From: Dicyema japonicum
Taxonomy: Eukaryota > Animalia > Dicyemida
Length of the DNA: 47,726 nt
NCBI GenBank assembly: GCA_011109175.1
Contig: RDEW01000021.1
Location: 780,405-828,130 of the forward strand
Direction of reading: 5' to 3'
A model generated the notes under the pieces. The model saw only the letters and a program-made list of their open reading frames with translations, searched no databases and was not told the DNA's origin. The number at the start of each line of letters is the position of its first letter. The first letter of the stretch is position 1. Positions 22,863 to 36,060 of the stretch are shown piece after piece. The position numbers and the translations under genes were made by a program.

Positions 22863-23012
22863 GTATAATTAATATTTTTTCATCCGTTGATATTAATTTG
22901 TTTACTCACTAATTAATCAAAATTATTATAAAAATTAATGCTAATTAAAATAATTTAATATTAATGTGGCTTACCAATTAAATAATAGACTTTCAGGAAT
23001 TAACACGTATTG

Positions 23013-23612
23013 ATGTTTTTATTATTTCTTTTACTTTCATATTTTCATCTTTCTCTATCAGCAGAGACCTGTGAAGGTATAACTAATAGTTATCTCAGTT
23101 TGTATGACATTCTTCGAAACAGTACTCGGTCCTCTAACGGACTCAGAATTGAACAATTCAGAACTTGTCAAAGAAGCCATATTTTCAAAGTGTCAAAAAG
23201 CTCAAGGAAAGGAGTTTCGTCTAGTAACTTCATTAAATTATGATAGTGCAATGCCCTAGGAGCACTTCCTGACTCTCCAACCACAATGATGGGTACCGTT
23301 TCCACCACTGCCGCTTTCCTCCCCTATGAAAAGCTGTGTCTGAAGTTACACGAGCAAAACGATTTGATTTGTTCTCTCAAATATGGTTTTTTATTATTTT
23401 ATGTCTCAGATAAGCCAATTGACCTTTCCGAGGTTGATTTGAATAAATTGTCCATTAAAGAACTCAGAAAAATTCTGAATAAATGGAATGCGAAGGATAC
23501 GTGCCAGCAGTGTCCTGAGAAGAGTGACTATGTGAGGGCTGTGATAGGACAGATGCCAAAATATGACCCAACTTCGTGGAAAAAGAGGGTAGAAAATCAG
23601 GGGGAATTTTGA
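23013..23612 (+). CDS. MANF: MANF/ARMET (CDNF family) ER stress protein; 4 exons
   Basis: Signal peptide, then CEVC, KEFRL|CNALG, LCLKL..ICSLKYD|KPIDLSEVDLNKLSIKELRKILNKW..CQQCPEKSDYV, and an ER-retention-like end GEF*. Introns of 22, 23 and 24 nt. Confidence 0.92.
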
Positions 23613-23649
23613 TTACTATGGGGTTTATAAATCTGGTGATACCACCATT

Positions 23650-24700
23650 TTTGTTTAGTTATTGATTGAATTCCTTAGTGGGTTTGTCGGGTCCTCGAGC
23701 AATCATTGCACTTGGGGGTGCTTATTGGTGGATTAGTAAGAGTGGTGTGTTCGAGATTGCTCTAGTGATGATCTTTATTGGTGAGTTTGATGAATTCCTC
23801 TGATGAGAAATAGTATTTCTACTTAACCGATAATTATTGGGAGATTGAATAATCAAACTGAGGATACATATTAAAAAGATACGTGACTGTAAGGTGATCT
23901 TGGCCTCCTTTAGCATCCATTTTATACTTTCACGGTGTTCGTCCCGAGAGTCGACACTTTACTGGATTTAGGAGATGGCAATCGGGCCCCCGTTCCACTC
24001 AAGTTCCTCGAGTTGGCATTAACCGTGAGGAGGGGAACCTTTCTAGGGCCCCCGTGACAAATTNTTAGCATCCATCTCATACTTTCACGGTGTTCGTCCC
24101 GAGAGTCGACACACTTCCTGTACGTACGGGACACTTTACTGGATTTAGGAGATGGCAATCGGGCGCCCGTCCCACTCAAGTTCCTCGAGTTGGCATTAAC
24201 CGTGAGGAGGGGAACCTTCCTAGGGCCCCCGTGACAAATAGTATTTTTGTAAATTTCAATGATTGGCTTTTATTAGTGGAGGTTTAATAATAAATGTTAT
24301 GGGCTGTTGTATTCTATGACAAAAAACTGCATAATCATGAATACTATAATCACGCACGTGCATGCTCAAGGTTCTCAATAGTCTCCAGTTGTTACTTAAG
24401 CATCAAACATTTGTATAACGGTGGGTCACTAGCTTTTTAGATTATCCACAAAAAATTATTTGTATTACAACGTCGGATATTTACTAAGACGAATCAGCAA
24501 CTCAATCGCCTTGAGCGACAAATTGAGGTCAAACTCCAATGAGCTTCTTCCAGGTGGAGTCTCTTCTAATTAATAAACGTTTCATCGGCAAAGTTTAATC
24601 AAAATTTCCCGGGAATCAAATTTCTCTTAAACAGTCTAAGTAATAGTTAAGTACAGTACCCCCGTCTAAATGGAATCTCAGTTGACTCTAGCCACCTCCA
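23650..24700 (-). CDS. Unidentified Ser/Thr/Pro-rich multi-exon gene (partial)
   Basis: Intron-like gtaaagtgtcccgtacgtacag and gtatgagatggatgctaaag join open stretches (RKVPLLTVNANSRNLSGTGARLPSPKS). The region is duplicated around the N at 24065. Confidence 0.25.
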
Positions 24701-24814
24701 CTGGGTGTTCCAACGTATTTTACCTCAGATAAAAGAGCCAATAGTCATACATCAAGGATTATGACCTTTAACCAACTTTAAATAAACGACATTTTAACAC
24801 TAAACAAAAATTTC

Positions 24815-25900
24815 TGATCCCGGTATCACCGAGAAAGAAAGACAAAGTAAAGTCAACTAGTTAGGTGATCCCAGTTCCCGCAACCATCCTAAGCCTGTGC
24901 GTCTTCATTGTTCCCACTGCCGAACGGAAATGCCTTCTTTGATCCTTGCAGAGGAAGCTGATTGGGGAAGGAAATTTCTTAGCCAACCTATTTTCTTTTG
25001 CGTGGAACAGTGAGAGGCTTAGTGAGTGTCCATCTTCCTCGCAAATGCAAAGAAATCCGGAACCACACCTACGAGTTGTAGATTCCGACAGCAGGGGAGG
25101 TATTTTTGTTTCAGTGGTACCAGCATACGTATTGTTTAACTTTGCAGTAAGTTTAGTATTTGGATAGTGGTCTCTGATAACGCGAATCTCAACGCAGCAG
25201 AGGCATATTCCACAAATTATCTGGCGGTATATGGTTCCGATTGCTTTATTCATTTTCTATGGGGTCTTCTAGGTGAGGGCCCATGTGACATTCAAGTTCT
25301 GTAGTCGTTTGGTGAAGACTTGTTTGGTATGGTAGGTAGAATTAAGCAGTCTATCGTATGTCACTCCCAGGATTAGGGGGTTTCTTGTGACAGGTATCCG
25401 AGTATATCCAATGGAGATTTCTGGTTCTTCTTCGGACCGCAGGTCGGAAGTGAATAAAGTGCATGATTTCGGAGCTGATACCGAGAGACGGTTAGCCATC
25501 ACCAATCGTGGATGCAATCCACTTTCTTCTGTGCGAATGAGACTGCCTCTGTTTTCGAACTGCTTCTTGTTGCAATGATGATATCTTCAGCATATGAAAG
25601 CAGTAGCAAGTCCTTGTCAATGTCTGTTGGCAGGTCGTGGAGGATAAGGTTGAATAGATTGGGGGACAAAGACGAACCTTGGGCACTCCGTTTGGTAGTA
25701 ACGTGATCTTGATCTGAGATGGCCACAAATGACCCTCCCACGTCTTCCAGATAAAAAATTGGCCAGCCATAGCTTCAAGTTAGGGCAAATTTTTGAAAGA
25801 TTTTTCCAATTAAATGTTTCCTCGGTACCGAGTCAGCCTTGTTGATGTCGATCAAGACCATTGTAATATCCACCCCCAACTCAACGAATTCAGATTTTCA
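24815..25900 (-). mobile_element. 5'-truncated LINE (RT C-terminal half plus 3' UTR)
   Basis: AQGSSLSPNLFNLILHDLP, SYAEDIIIA and NPLILGVTYDRLL. ORF end GTGIT* and a ctcggtgataccggg stem-loop. Confidence 0.85.
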
Positions 25901-26399
25901 CTTGAAGTGTGTATCCTTTAGACATTTACTCCGACTTTCACTAAGGACTCCCTGCCAGTTAAGAAGTTTCTTATCCAGCTAAATAGGTAATTATGAACAT
26001 CCTTAAGTCATCCTCACAATTTCATTATTTTTTTGTCTCTGAGTAAATTATTTCTTTACTTCCGTTGAATCTTATACAAAATCCAAATCTTTTCCCCTTT
26101 AAATGCTTTCTGTAATGTAACATTTTTCAACTGATTGATTTTTCTAAACTCATTAAAGCATTTAATATTGAATGTCGATCCAATTAATTTAAATTTTATT
26201 AATATTTAAAATTAAAGGCCCGCAGGCATCGAGCATGCAATGTGAGTTACAGATCTTGGAGAATAAAAAAGTGAAATTTTACTGTTCAAGTATTCTTTTG
26301 ACACACTGGTTTAATTAAATTGTTATATACGATATCTGCCCCCTCTTTCGTCGAACAATTCCTCCTAAAGCTACCCTAGAAAGAGAACTGCCCTNGGAG

Positions 26400-27400
26400 T
26401 ATCCAGGTATAACAAGTTCAGGTGTCTTTGGCTACCAATTGTCTTCAGGATTTCCGAATTTAGATAGTATAAACAGTCTGCACACGACCTTCCTTGACGA
26501 AAGCCCCATTAAAACAAGAGCAAGAAATTTGACTCTTAATATGCAGACACATACATTTGAAGATACTCCTCTCGATTATCTTCGAGATAGAACAAATCCA
26601 ACTGATTGATCTATAACTCGGAAGATTCCTCTTTGATGGGGACTATCCACATTATAGACTTCTTCCCTTCCATAAAGGTGAAATAAACTCAATCCTGAGG
26701 CTTGCATTAAACAATTTTTGTAGAACATCAAACATTACGTCCGGGCCCTCTGAACATTACCATATTTATATCGTCGTCTCTTGCTGCGTTTACTTTGCAT
26801 TCCTTGATCTCAATTTTTGACTTCCCATATGGGAACTGATTCCTCCATAATTCTTAAGTCGTCCTCACAATTTCAATATTCTCTTGTCTCTGAGTGAATT
26901 ATTTCTTTACTTCCGTTGGATCTTATACAAAATCGAAATCTTTCCCCCTTTAAATGCTTTCTGTAGTGTAAAATTTTTCTGCTGCGGCTCTGAGCAACTG
27001 ATTGATTTTTCTAAACTCATTAAAGCATTTAATATTGAATGTCGATCCAATTTTATACAAAATCGAAATCTTTCCCCCTTTAAATGCTTTCTGTAATGTA
27101 ACATTTTTTTGCTGCGGCTCTGAGCAACTGATTGATTTTTCTAAACTCATTAAAGCATTTAATATTGAATGTCGATCCAATTAATTTAAATTTTATTAAT
27201 ATTCAAAATTAAAGGCCCGCAGGCATTGAGCATGAAATGTGAGTTACAGATCTTGGAGAATAAAAAAGTGAAATTTTACTGTTCAAGTATTCTTTTGACA
27301 CACTGGTTTAATTAAATTGTTATGTACGATATCTGCCCTTTCTTTCGTCGAACAATTCATCCTAAAGCTACCCTAGAAAGAAAACTGCCCTCTTCTTTTT
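26400..27400 (-). mobile_element. Heavily decayed LINE RT remnant
   Basis: GFRQGRSCADCLYYLNSEILK...LNLLYLD motif at about 26400-26520. Region internally duplicated. Confidence 0.6.
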
Positions 27401-27909
27401 TTGGGTTAAACAACTAACTTTTTTGTTTATTAAAACTTTTTTGGGATTTGCTACCCTGTGCAGGCAGTGCAACTCTCAACAATGCACAGCCACGACGTGT
27501 CTTATGAGAAAGGTATACATCACCCCTCTCCAATTCCAATTTCCGAAACCACCCCGCCCACAGAGAAGTTGTGTTGGATCNNNNNNNNNNNNNNNNNNNN
27601 NNNNNNNNNNNNNNNNNNNNNNNNNNNNNNNNNNNNNNNNNNNNNNNNNNNNNNNNNNNNNNNNNNNNNNNNNNNNNNNNNNNNNNNNNNNNNNNNNNNN
27701 NNNNNNNNNNNNNNNNNNNNNNNNNNNNNNNNNNNNNNNNNNNNNNNNNNNNNNNNNNNNNNNNNNNNNNNNNNNNNNNNNNNNNNNNNNNNNNNNNNNN
27801 NNNNNNNNNNNNNNNNNNNNNNNNNNNNNNNNNNNNNNNNNNNNNNNNNNNNNNNNNNNNNNNNNNNNNNNNNNNNNNNNNNNNNNNNNNNNNNNNNNNN
27901 NNNNNNNCC

Positions 27910-28255
27910 ATAAGTTTCATCCTGATTAGTTTCTTTATTAAGCGAAGTTCCTCCGTTTTCGGACGCTTTGAACTCCGGGGTGCAATTTGAGTTGATTTTA
28001 AAGCAGTAAGTGACACTTTATGTTCATTTAGAAACAGTCTAACTCTCTTTTTGATATTCGTTGCGAGAGAAGTGGATGCTTCCGTTGGTCTTCTGATCCC
28101 AAGAGTGAGTGACGGGGAAAGGAAAAATTTGACCCATTCCGAAGAAACGGCGTCAGGCTTCAAAACATCCTTGATGGTGGAGATCAGAGCCTTAATTAAT
28201 TTAGTAATTAAATTAACTATTGGTGTTTTTGGGTTAATAATAATAATAAAATAAA
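27910..28255 (+). mobile_element. LINE 3' end fragment
   Basis: Tail ttttgggttaataataataat resembles the LINE copy 2 end at 6950-6970. Confidence 0.5.
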
Positions 28256-28399
28256 ATATTATTTAAATTAATCACGTTTATGTTTATTTTTGTGGTACTT
28301 TGTCCGTCTTAATTGACTGTTAATTTAACAGTTAGCTTTTGGCGGAGACATTGTTGTTGGTTTAAACGCTATGTTCACTGAATGTCGTAGTTCTTGCCA

Positions 28400-30215
28400 A
28401 ATACATTTAATTATTGCTGTAATTATTACCGTTATCTTAAATTGTTAAAGAACATAAGGGAGTTGACTATTTTCAAGGTGGCATCGAGCTCTATGGCTGG
28501 ATCAAAGGGTTCGTTTGCTATCAGCGGCACAAATATGCAGGATACATAGTCCCCCCATTGACGTTCTATCAATAACATTGGGATAAGGGTAAGTATATTT
28601 TTTGGATAAACGAACACCTTAGAACTTATAATTAAGTCAGATTTTCAGCATCCCAAAGACCAAGACGTAAAGAGATGTTTCAGCATCTTCTGCCTACATT
28701 CCCGTAGGGGCCATCAGTTATTAGATCCATGACTAATTTTTCTGGAATCCTTAAAAATCTTTGTCAAGAAGAAGGAATTAAAGACCTGATCTTTAGAAAA
28801 AATCTTCGCTTACCTAGATGATTTTCCGCTCTTATGAATTGGAGTGATGAGCGAGTTCTTCCATATTTGGGGGATAGTGTTCCAGTTAACGGACGGGTTA
28901 AAAATTTCCGTTAGCTAATTGCGTATTTGCTTAGGTGAATTGAAGATACTTTGTCTGGGCCGCAGGCCCGTGAGTTCTTTAATCCGGCGATAACCTTGAG
29001 ACCTGCTTGTCTGAGAATAGTTCTTGGTAAGGTTTATTTTTCGGGTTGTAGGCACGTACTTTGATATCCAGTTGTTTAGAGAATTTTGATAAGCTGTTCG
29101 CAGCGTAATGTTTCATAAGTAGATTAGGGTATATATGTTCTGGAGAGGGGTTACAGGTTCCGTTCGCATACTTATATTTAGTTGTCTGATAGATTTCAAC
29201 TCCGTCGGATGGTATTTTTTCATTTGGTTCCTTCGTTTTATGAGTGTAAGTGTCCGGGAATTGAGGGTAGGTATAAAATTCGTGTATGATGAGAGAGGAA
29301 TAAATATGTTGTCAGCCTTTTGAATGGCCACACTGATGATTTTTGCGGCTTCATCTATCGAACGTATATAGGATAATAGTCCTTTGATCAATTCCAGGTC
29401 TATAAAGTCAGAGAATCCAGGCCAGTCAACCTTTTTATAATTCTTGAAACTTTTCGCTTCGGTCCGCAACGTCCGGCGTCTCCGAAATTCTCTTAACATG
29501 AGAAGGATGGGATTATAGTCGCTGGAGAATCTATAGTTCACATCCTATGTAGTGATTCCTGCTAAAAAAGGTGAACACAGGGTTAAATCAGGAGAGATGT
29601 AGCTATCAATGCTCTTTAAAAGAGTTCTTGTATGTAATTTATGATCATTCAGGATAAACATATCAATAGGATCATTTGCGATGAACTCGCCTCGGGTGTC
29701 AAAGGACTGTGAAGCTAGCCAAACGGGGTGTCGGGCATTTAGGTCACTGCATATTAGAGCGTTCTTTAGTACTGAGAGGCAGGGTATATTTGGGGTGTAA
29801 GATTTTGGGCAGGATACTTGTGGTGGAATATATAGGTTAATCAAGTTGATCCAAAAAGACGAGTATAGCTCCATTTTGATGGTGATCTGCTCCATGGTAT
29901 CGTCTGAGTCCAAAAGTTCTGAGTAGCGTTCTTTAGTACTGAGAGGCAGGGTATATTTGGGGTGTAGGATTTTGGGCAGGATACTTGTGGTTGAATATAT
30001 AGGTTAATCAAGTTAATCCAAAAAGACGAGTATAGTTCCATTTTGATGGTGATCTGCTCCATGGCATCGTCTAAGGCCAAAAGTTCTGAGTTCCGTCGAC
30101 TATGGCGGTGAAAGATACACCGTTCTTTATAATTGTGATTAGTCCTCCACCTGTCTTTCCTGACGGTCCTTACGGATTACTGTGTATCCCGGGAAAGAGG
30201 GTGTTAGCGTGGAGG
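28400..30215 (-). mobile_element. Degenerate APE-RT LINE, 5' end missing
   Basis: FPGYTVIRKDR..GGGLITIIK, CSDLNARHP, YISPDLTLCS, SDYNPI and IPQIWKNSLITPIHKSGK. Confidence 0.85.
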
Positions 30216-30545
30216 ATTTATTTATTTATTAATTTACTCCGGATACACCGAGAAAGAAATTAAAGTAACCAACTAATTAAGTGTATCCAGTTTCCGCTTT
30301 TACAGAAACAGAGTCCATCCGGAATCAACATAAAAGGTTAGACGTCCATTACATGCAGTTGTGGAAACCCCTCCAGTAGAGTGGGGAAGAGCAAATGATC
30401 CTTTTTCATGCCGGCCTGGCGCTGGGCGTCACCTAGACAGGTGAATCACATAACGCCACTCTATTAGGAAGAGAGAAAAGGAACAGACAAGCAAGCAGAA
30501 AATTTAAGCCATTTAACCACGCAGCACCACATGGCGCCACGCGGC
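30216..30545 (-). mobile_element. Short ribozyme-headed element, family B (copy B1, complete)
   Basis: 3x palindrome leader at 30516-30545, pyrimidine tract, HDV-like fold at 30395-30457, a body near-identical to 35694-35884, then the LINE-derived tail and (TAAA)n. Confidence 0.88.
30395..30457 (-). ncRNA. HDV-like ribozyme fold (copy B1)
   Basis: P1 GGCGUU/GACGCC; P2 GUGAUUC/GGAUCAU; P3 ACC/GGU; possible P1.1 UG/CA; P4 GCGCC/GGCAU; J4/2 GAAAAA. Confidence 0.7.
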
Positions 30546-30722
30546 AAAATATCTCAGCTCGAGTTGGTGATTTCGTATAGAATTTAAAAAATTTAAACTT
30601 TAACTAAACTTTTTCGATCTAAATTTATTAATAGTAAATATATATTTTAATAAATAATTAATATTTTATATTTACAGTGGAAAACCAATAAAAAATAGAT
30701 AAATAACGAATATTAAGAAACA

Positions 30723-31826
30723 ATGGGTAAAGATAGACTGAGGGATATTAATTTAGTAGCATAAACTAATGCATTTAGATCGAATATGTGGACGATCTCC
30801 CAAATTATGTTGGAGAAATAGCTGATGACCCAGTATTAGTAACATTTATGGATGAGGTTTGCACTAAGATTATTAATAGTGAAGGTTAGAGAACTTTGGA
30901 GTACATTGGAGGCCATGACAAACCACGTGGATACCGTAAAAAGATTTCACAAGTCAATCCTTGTGTCAACAGGAGACGATGAAGGTAAATATAATTAATT
31001 ATAAAAATCGATTAATTTACTATTTTAGACTAATATTGACTTTAGATCTCAAAATAAGATTAGACCAGGTCATGAACCAAATCAAAATAGTCGCTGCTGA
31101 AATTCGTGGATTCATTAAAAGTTTGTGAGTAATTATCAAAGAGTTGGAAAATGAGGTCGAACAGGAGGAGATCCTGAACGAGACTTCGGGTTATTTCAGA
31201 ATAAAACAGAGCCAGGTAAAATCATGTGGAATTTAAAGCTCATCGGTGCCTCGAATCGTTTCATTGAACTGATGAACAGCTACAACTCGGCACAGCTGGA
31301 TTATCGGGACAAATGTAAGAAAAGAATTCAGAGACATTTACAAATATGTCTGAGATTTTATTTAAAATAGCTGGGAAAGTCCTGGAAGAGAATGAAATTG
31401 AGGATATGCTCCAATCCGCAAACCCTAAAGTATTCACTCAAAATGTATGGACGGCTCGTAATCCCAGATTGTGACCGATGACGACAAAACCCTTTTGAAC
31501 GACGTGGAGGCCCGGCATAACGATATTCTGAGGCTTGAAAAAAGCATAAATGAAGTGACTGAGATGTTTACTGACATTGCCCAGTTGGTCGAGAGTCAGG
31601 TTATCTAGAAGACGCACAATTAGGGAGAAATATTAGATCAGTTAGAATACAACGTCGACCAGGCTATAGACTACGTCGACTCAGCCAGAAACGATACAAA
31701 AAAGGCGGTTGGTTTTCAAAGCAGTGCGAGGCGGGTAATATCTGTTACTCAGTCTAGAAACAACTCATTTGCTTGGCTGTAGTTGGGGTGATTATCATCA
31801 TAATTGTCTACATGTCTGTCAAATAA
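30723..31826 (+). CDS. Syntaxin-1-like Qa-SNARE; about 10 exons
   Basis: [10 protein letters not shown]-peptide; [14 protein letters not shown]; [35 protein letters not shown]|[11 protein letters not shown]; C-terminal TM segment [16 protein letters not shown]. Confidence 0.92.
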
Positions 31827-33399
31827 GCGCTTTACTAATAAAATTGACTTATTATTCCCAAAGTATTAATTAATGCCATTGAAAGTTTCTTAACGTAATT
31901 GCTATTACGCCAAGTACTAAGACAATCACCGAAATAAGTGGCCCGTCCCATATAGGGTTGATTTTTATACCCACCTACTATGGAATAAATTCTTGTCGCT
32001 GCTCTTTGACAAATAATTATTGCATGAAAATTATGATTAAAGTGATATTTTTATCATTAAACACAAATATTGCCGAAAAAACAACTCATATACATATTAT
32101 TAGCATCCCACGTGCTCGTGTTAGGTTTCTATAGCTCAGTACATCGAACCGGCAACCAGCAATTGTTGCGCTGATGGGAGTAGATTTAGGAAAGCAAACG
32201 AAGAGATTCAGATTTTCAGTCCTTAAAATATCTTAACGAGTAGATGAAAAGTAATAGAATTTCTTCTTACAGCCAAGGAATCCGCCATTTCTTAACTAAA
32301 GTGGAGAGATCCTACTATTTCTTTGAAAATAGGCATTCATTCGATAGCTGAAGAAACATAAGGCCAGAGTGAGTGCAACTAATTATTTTTAATTACTTCC
32401 TTTGTGAAGCCTTAAGGGAATCGATTTTTGCCCAGTTCATGACTAGTGGGCAACGAGTGCCGGGAAATAGGCCTGACGGCCCCTAGTTCGAATCCGCTGG
32501 TGTACATTCCGGTTGAAGGTTCCACACATCTACGACGCTCTGCCTGAGCAGAGTTGTAGCTAATATGGCTCTGCGTGATAGTGCAGTTTGTTAGGACTAG
32601 TGTTACTCTCGCAGAGGAAAATTTGATATGAGGATGCACTAAGTTTCGAATCCCATCTGATCAAAGTTGGGGAAACTTTCATATATCAAAATGAAATGTA
32701 TTCTAAGGTTCTTTACGTCAGGCCCGTCAGCTGAAAAAACGTGAAGAGTGAAGAAGTTAGGGTCTCTACTAAGAGACTGGGAAGACATTAAAAGGAGGGA
32801 AACTTTAGCAACATTGGCACTTAAGAAAATACAGTCAGATTGATGAGTAGTCCCCATGTATCATTCAAGACAAAATTGCGTTTCTGTAAAATTCTGGAAC
32901 AAGGGGCAGTCACACTGAAAAATAACTTCAATTACAGAAATCAACTACGGCCGTTGATGAAAATCAGGATTCCAAAAAAAGATTTGTATAAAGAGCTTAG
33001 GAATATGCAATTCACAGCTGAACTAACGGCCAAAAAGGAGAGGTGAAAGTTATTCGAACATATCCTAAGAAGAATTAAGCAGTTCCAACAAGCAATGCTA
33101 TGCAAATGTCCTCGCTGTTGTCTCTCTATTGCAATTCACAAAGATCTCGTGACTGTGAAGAAGAAACTCGAGAATGCAGACGACCTAGATATCCTTGGAA
33201 AAGTCGCTGGTACAAATACTGCTGTAATGGGGTATTAGGTGTTCCAGATTCGTGGGAGGTTGTATGTAGAGTCTTTCCAGATGAAATGGGTTTCAGGGTA
33301 CTCCAAAATTGGTCGGCTTGGTCCGATGGTCCAGACGTGAGACTACTTCTACTTCGACTTTTGCTTTGGTGGATGTTGTCGAATAGTCCGGTTAATACT

Positions 33400-33900
33400 G
33401 GCTAGTCTGAGGCTGTATGTCCAGAACACCCTCCTTTTAATAGTGTGCCTCTTTTTATGAGGTTGATGATCTCCTTGATGAAGAGTGGTTTTACAGAGGT
33501 GTTAGATCGGAGATATTGGTGGAGATGTTAGATTCGTCTGGTCGTAAAGCTGTACGTGTGTGTTGGAGAGAGTTATTTATTACGACAAGGCTTTCAATCT
33601 CAGATGAGACACACCCTTGTTAATCCAGTTTCTCATCAGCAGACCTTAGAGGATTTCTGCCATTAAAGTCTTCGCACACGATTATGTTCCTCAGGACGAG
33701 ATCCAAGAGAAGTCAGGATAAATGTGATGGAAATGTGTGTTAAATAACAAAAATATAACTACACTTCTGACCAATGATTTTCCAAGTTCAGTTTAAGTGG
33801 ATAATTAAAGTGGTCAATTCAATAATGGGAGTACTTGGAATCTGTCATCTGATCACCTGATAGACCTGAAAACTAAATCTGGAGGATCATATGTGAAAAG
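33400..33900 (-). mobile_element. Highly decayed LINE endonuclease remnant
   Basis: NIIVCEDFNG, LVVINN..TRT and SDLT motifs on the minus strand. May extend to about 32400. Confidence 0.5.
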
Positions 33901-34688
33901 CTGTGGTATTATTATTAGAATGACAGATCTGAGACTTTTCCTAAGCTTAATTATTTTAAAGACTCATGGAGACTGTGTCGAATATTCTGGAAGCTAAGAC
34001 TGCCTTAGCTGATTTTAACAAGGGTCACCTAAGTACAACGTGGCTAAGACTACTTGTGGATTCTAGCTGATTTTAACAAGGGTCACTCAAGTACAATCTA
34101 ACTAAGTATACTAAAATCTGTAAAGTAAAAATATATTTCTTAGAGTGATTGTAGCTTGTATATTCTTAATCTGGTAAACCGTCAAGCTCAGCGTTTCGAT
34201 AAGAACTAGTACATTCTCCCATATATTTTCTCGATCGATGTTTTCAACATTCTCCATTCCGCTCATTTTTAGAACAAACCGCGGAATCAACTGTTTCAAT
34301 GGTCCCCCGTCATTTCCACGCTACATATATAAAACCATTAAGAGAAGCAAATAATACATGAAACGTGTCCAAATAGTATTGGCATTAAGATTATCTACCA
34401 CGTTTCAAGGCAGACAATCTCTAGGTCTCCGGAAGGGACTCAATCCATAAATCCAGTCTACCCGCTTCCTTGGTTCTTATAGACTTATTGTCACCTGAGC
34501 ACCTCATTCACATGAACACGTAGAGAAAAAAAACAAGGGTTATGAGGAGATTAAAGCATTTAGTATACCAGGGTTTAAACTACCAGGAATAAGCTAATAA
34601 GAGAAAAGGATATTCTTAGTATAGAAGATAAGCAATAAAGCACGTGCCAAGTAAAACAAAATCAAACAATGATAAAATCAACGATCAA

Positions 34689-35054
34689 TTACTCTTCAAC
34701 CTTCTTCTTCCTCGTGGGAGGATTCCTATTTCTTCTCTCAGTCCTCGACCGAACACGCACGTGCTTGGAATGAATAGCACAGGAGACACAGTATCTAATA
34801 GGATAGAATATCTTGGGGATGTGCAAGACTGAAAATAAGGTTAATATTACCCTGAGAGGACATAGCATCACGTACATCCTTAAGATTCGGTCCATCAATT
34901 AGATTACGGACGACATTCTTCTTTATAGCTTTGTCCTTTGGTACAGCACGACAGCAGTTGGTACAACGAACAAAATTTACTCTGCCCCGTCCTGCTCTGT
35001 CTTTACCATGATTTCGTCTTTTAGTTGTCTACTATTAACATTAAGCAACACCAT
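34689..35054 (-). CDS. RPS26: 40S ribosomal protein S26 (eS26); 3 exons
   Basis: M|[37 protein letters not shown]...[16 protein letters not shown]. The first exon is ATG only, followed by a 24-nt intron. Confidence 0.95.
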
Positions 35055-35257
35055 TAGAGAGAAGTTAACACGTTGTATTTAAATTAAAAAAATATTTTAA
35101 TTTTTATATAATCTATTAATTATATATAACTAATATTAAATAAATTTTGTATTACTTAAGTTTGAATATTACTTAAAGGCATGTTCGCGTCTATGAAAAA
35201 GATGGAAACCTGTTTTGCCTGTCTAAGGCAAAAGAAAACCGATTGGTACATAAGTTC

Positions 35258-35412
35258 TCCTCTCCAATCGGATTCCTATGCAGGAATGAGAGAAGGTTCT
35301 TTTGTGTGGTAGTGAGAACAATAGAATACTACAGACGTTGGATGGTTCAGTTGATTACGGGAACTTGGATCACCTAACTGTTTGACATGAACTCTGGATT
35401 CTAAATAAATAA
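35258..35412 (+). mobile_element. 5'-truncated LINE 3' end
   Basis: Matches 12085-12252; ends in a TAAA tail. Confidence 0.65.
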
Positions 35413-35693
35413 GGGAATGTCCTCATTTCTTTCTTAAAGAGATTCTCCCTTGTTTGGCCCTCCTTTCACTCTGAGGGAATTATGGGAAAACCAAGCAATT
35501 GTGACTGAGCATCCTAGTCCATTGGTCTCCAAGTGGTTGAGAGAGCCAACCAAACTGCACTCAATTAGTTCTTCAGTTCTATCAACTACGGGTAATTTTA
35601 TTTAGTCGAAGCATCTTAGAAGAAACTAAGAAGGGATAGATCCGCAATATGGCATTAAATATTTGATAAGGGAGATATATACCTCCAGTCACC

Positions 35694-35884
35694 AAAAAAG
35701 GATCATTTGCTCTTCCCCACTCCACTGGAGGGGTTTTCACAACTGCATGTAATGGACGTCTTACCTTTTATGTTGATTCCGGATGGACTCTGTTTCTGTA
35801 GAAGTGGAAACTGGATATACTTAATTAGTTGGTTACTTTAACTTCTTTCTCGGTGTATCCGGGGTTAATAAATAAATAAATAAT
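35694..35884 (+). mobile_element. Family B short element (copy B3, 5'-truncated within J4/2)
   Basis: Near-identical reverse complement of 30216-30406. Starts aaaaaaggatcat and ends (TAAA)n. Confidence 0.85.
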
Positions 35885-36060
35885 CAGCTGCATCTTCTCT
35901 CAACAAGATAGGAAGTTGGAGGTACAAGATTATCTGAGAGATCTCATTGCACAATTTCGGAAGCTGTTCTTTAATCTTCGAATTCTGTCAACGCAGAGAA
36001 AGTGAGGTACTCTGAAAACTATAAAAAAATGTTAAGAAAATTAACGAGAAAATTAACTAA

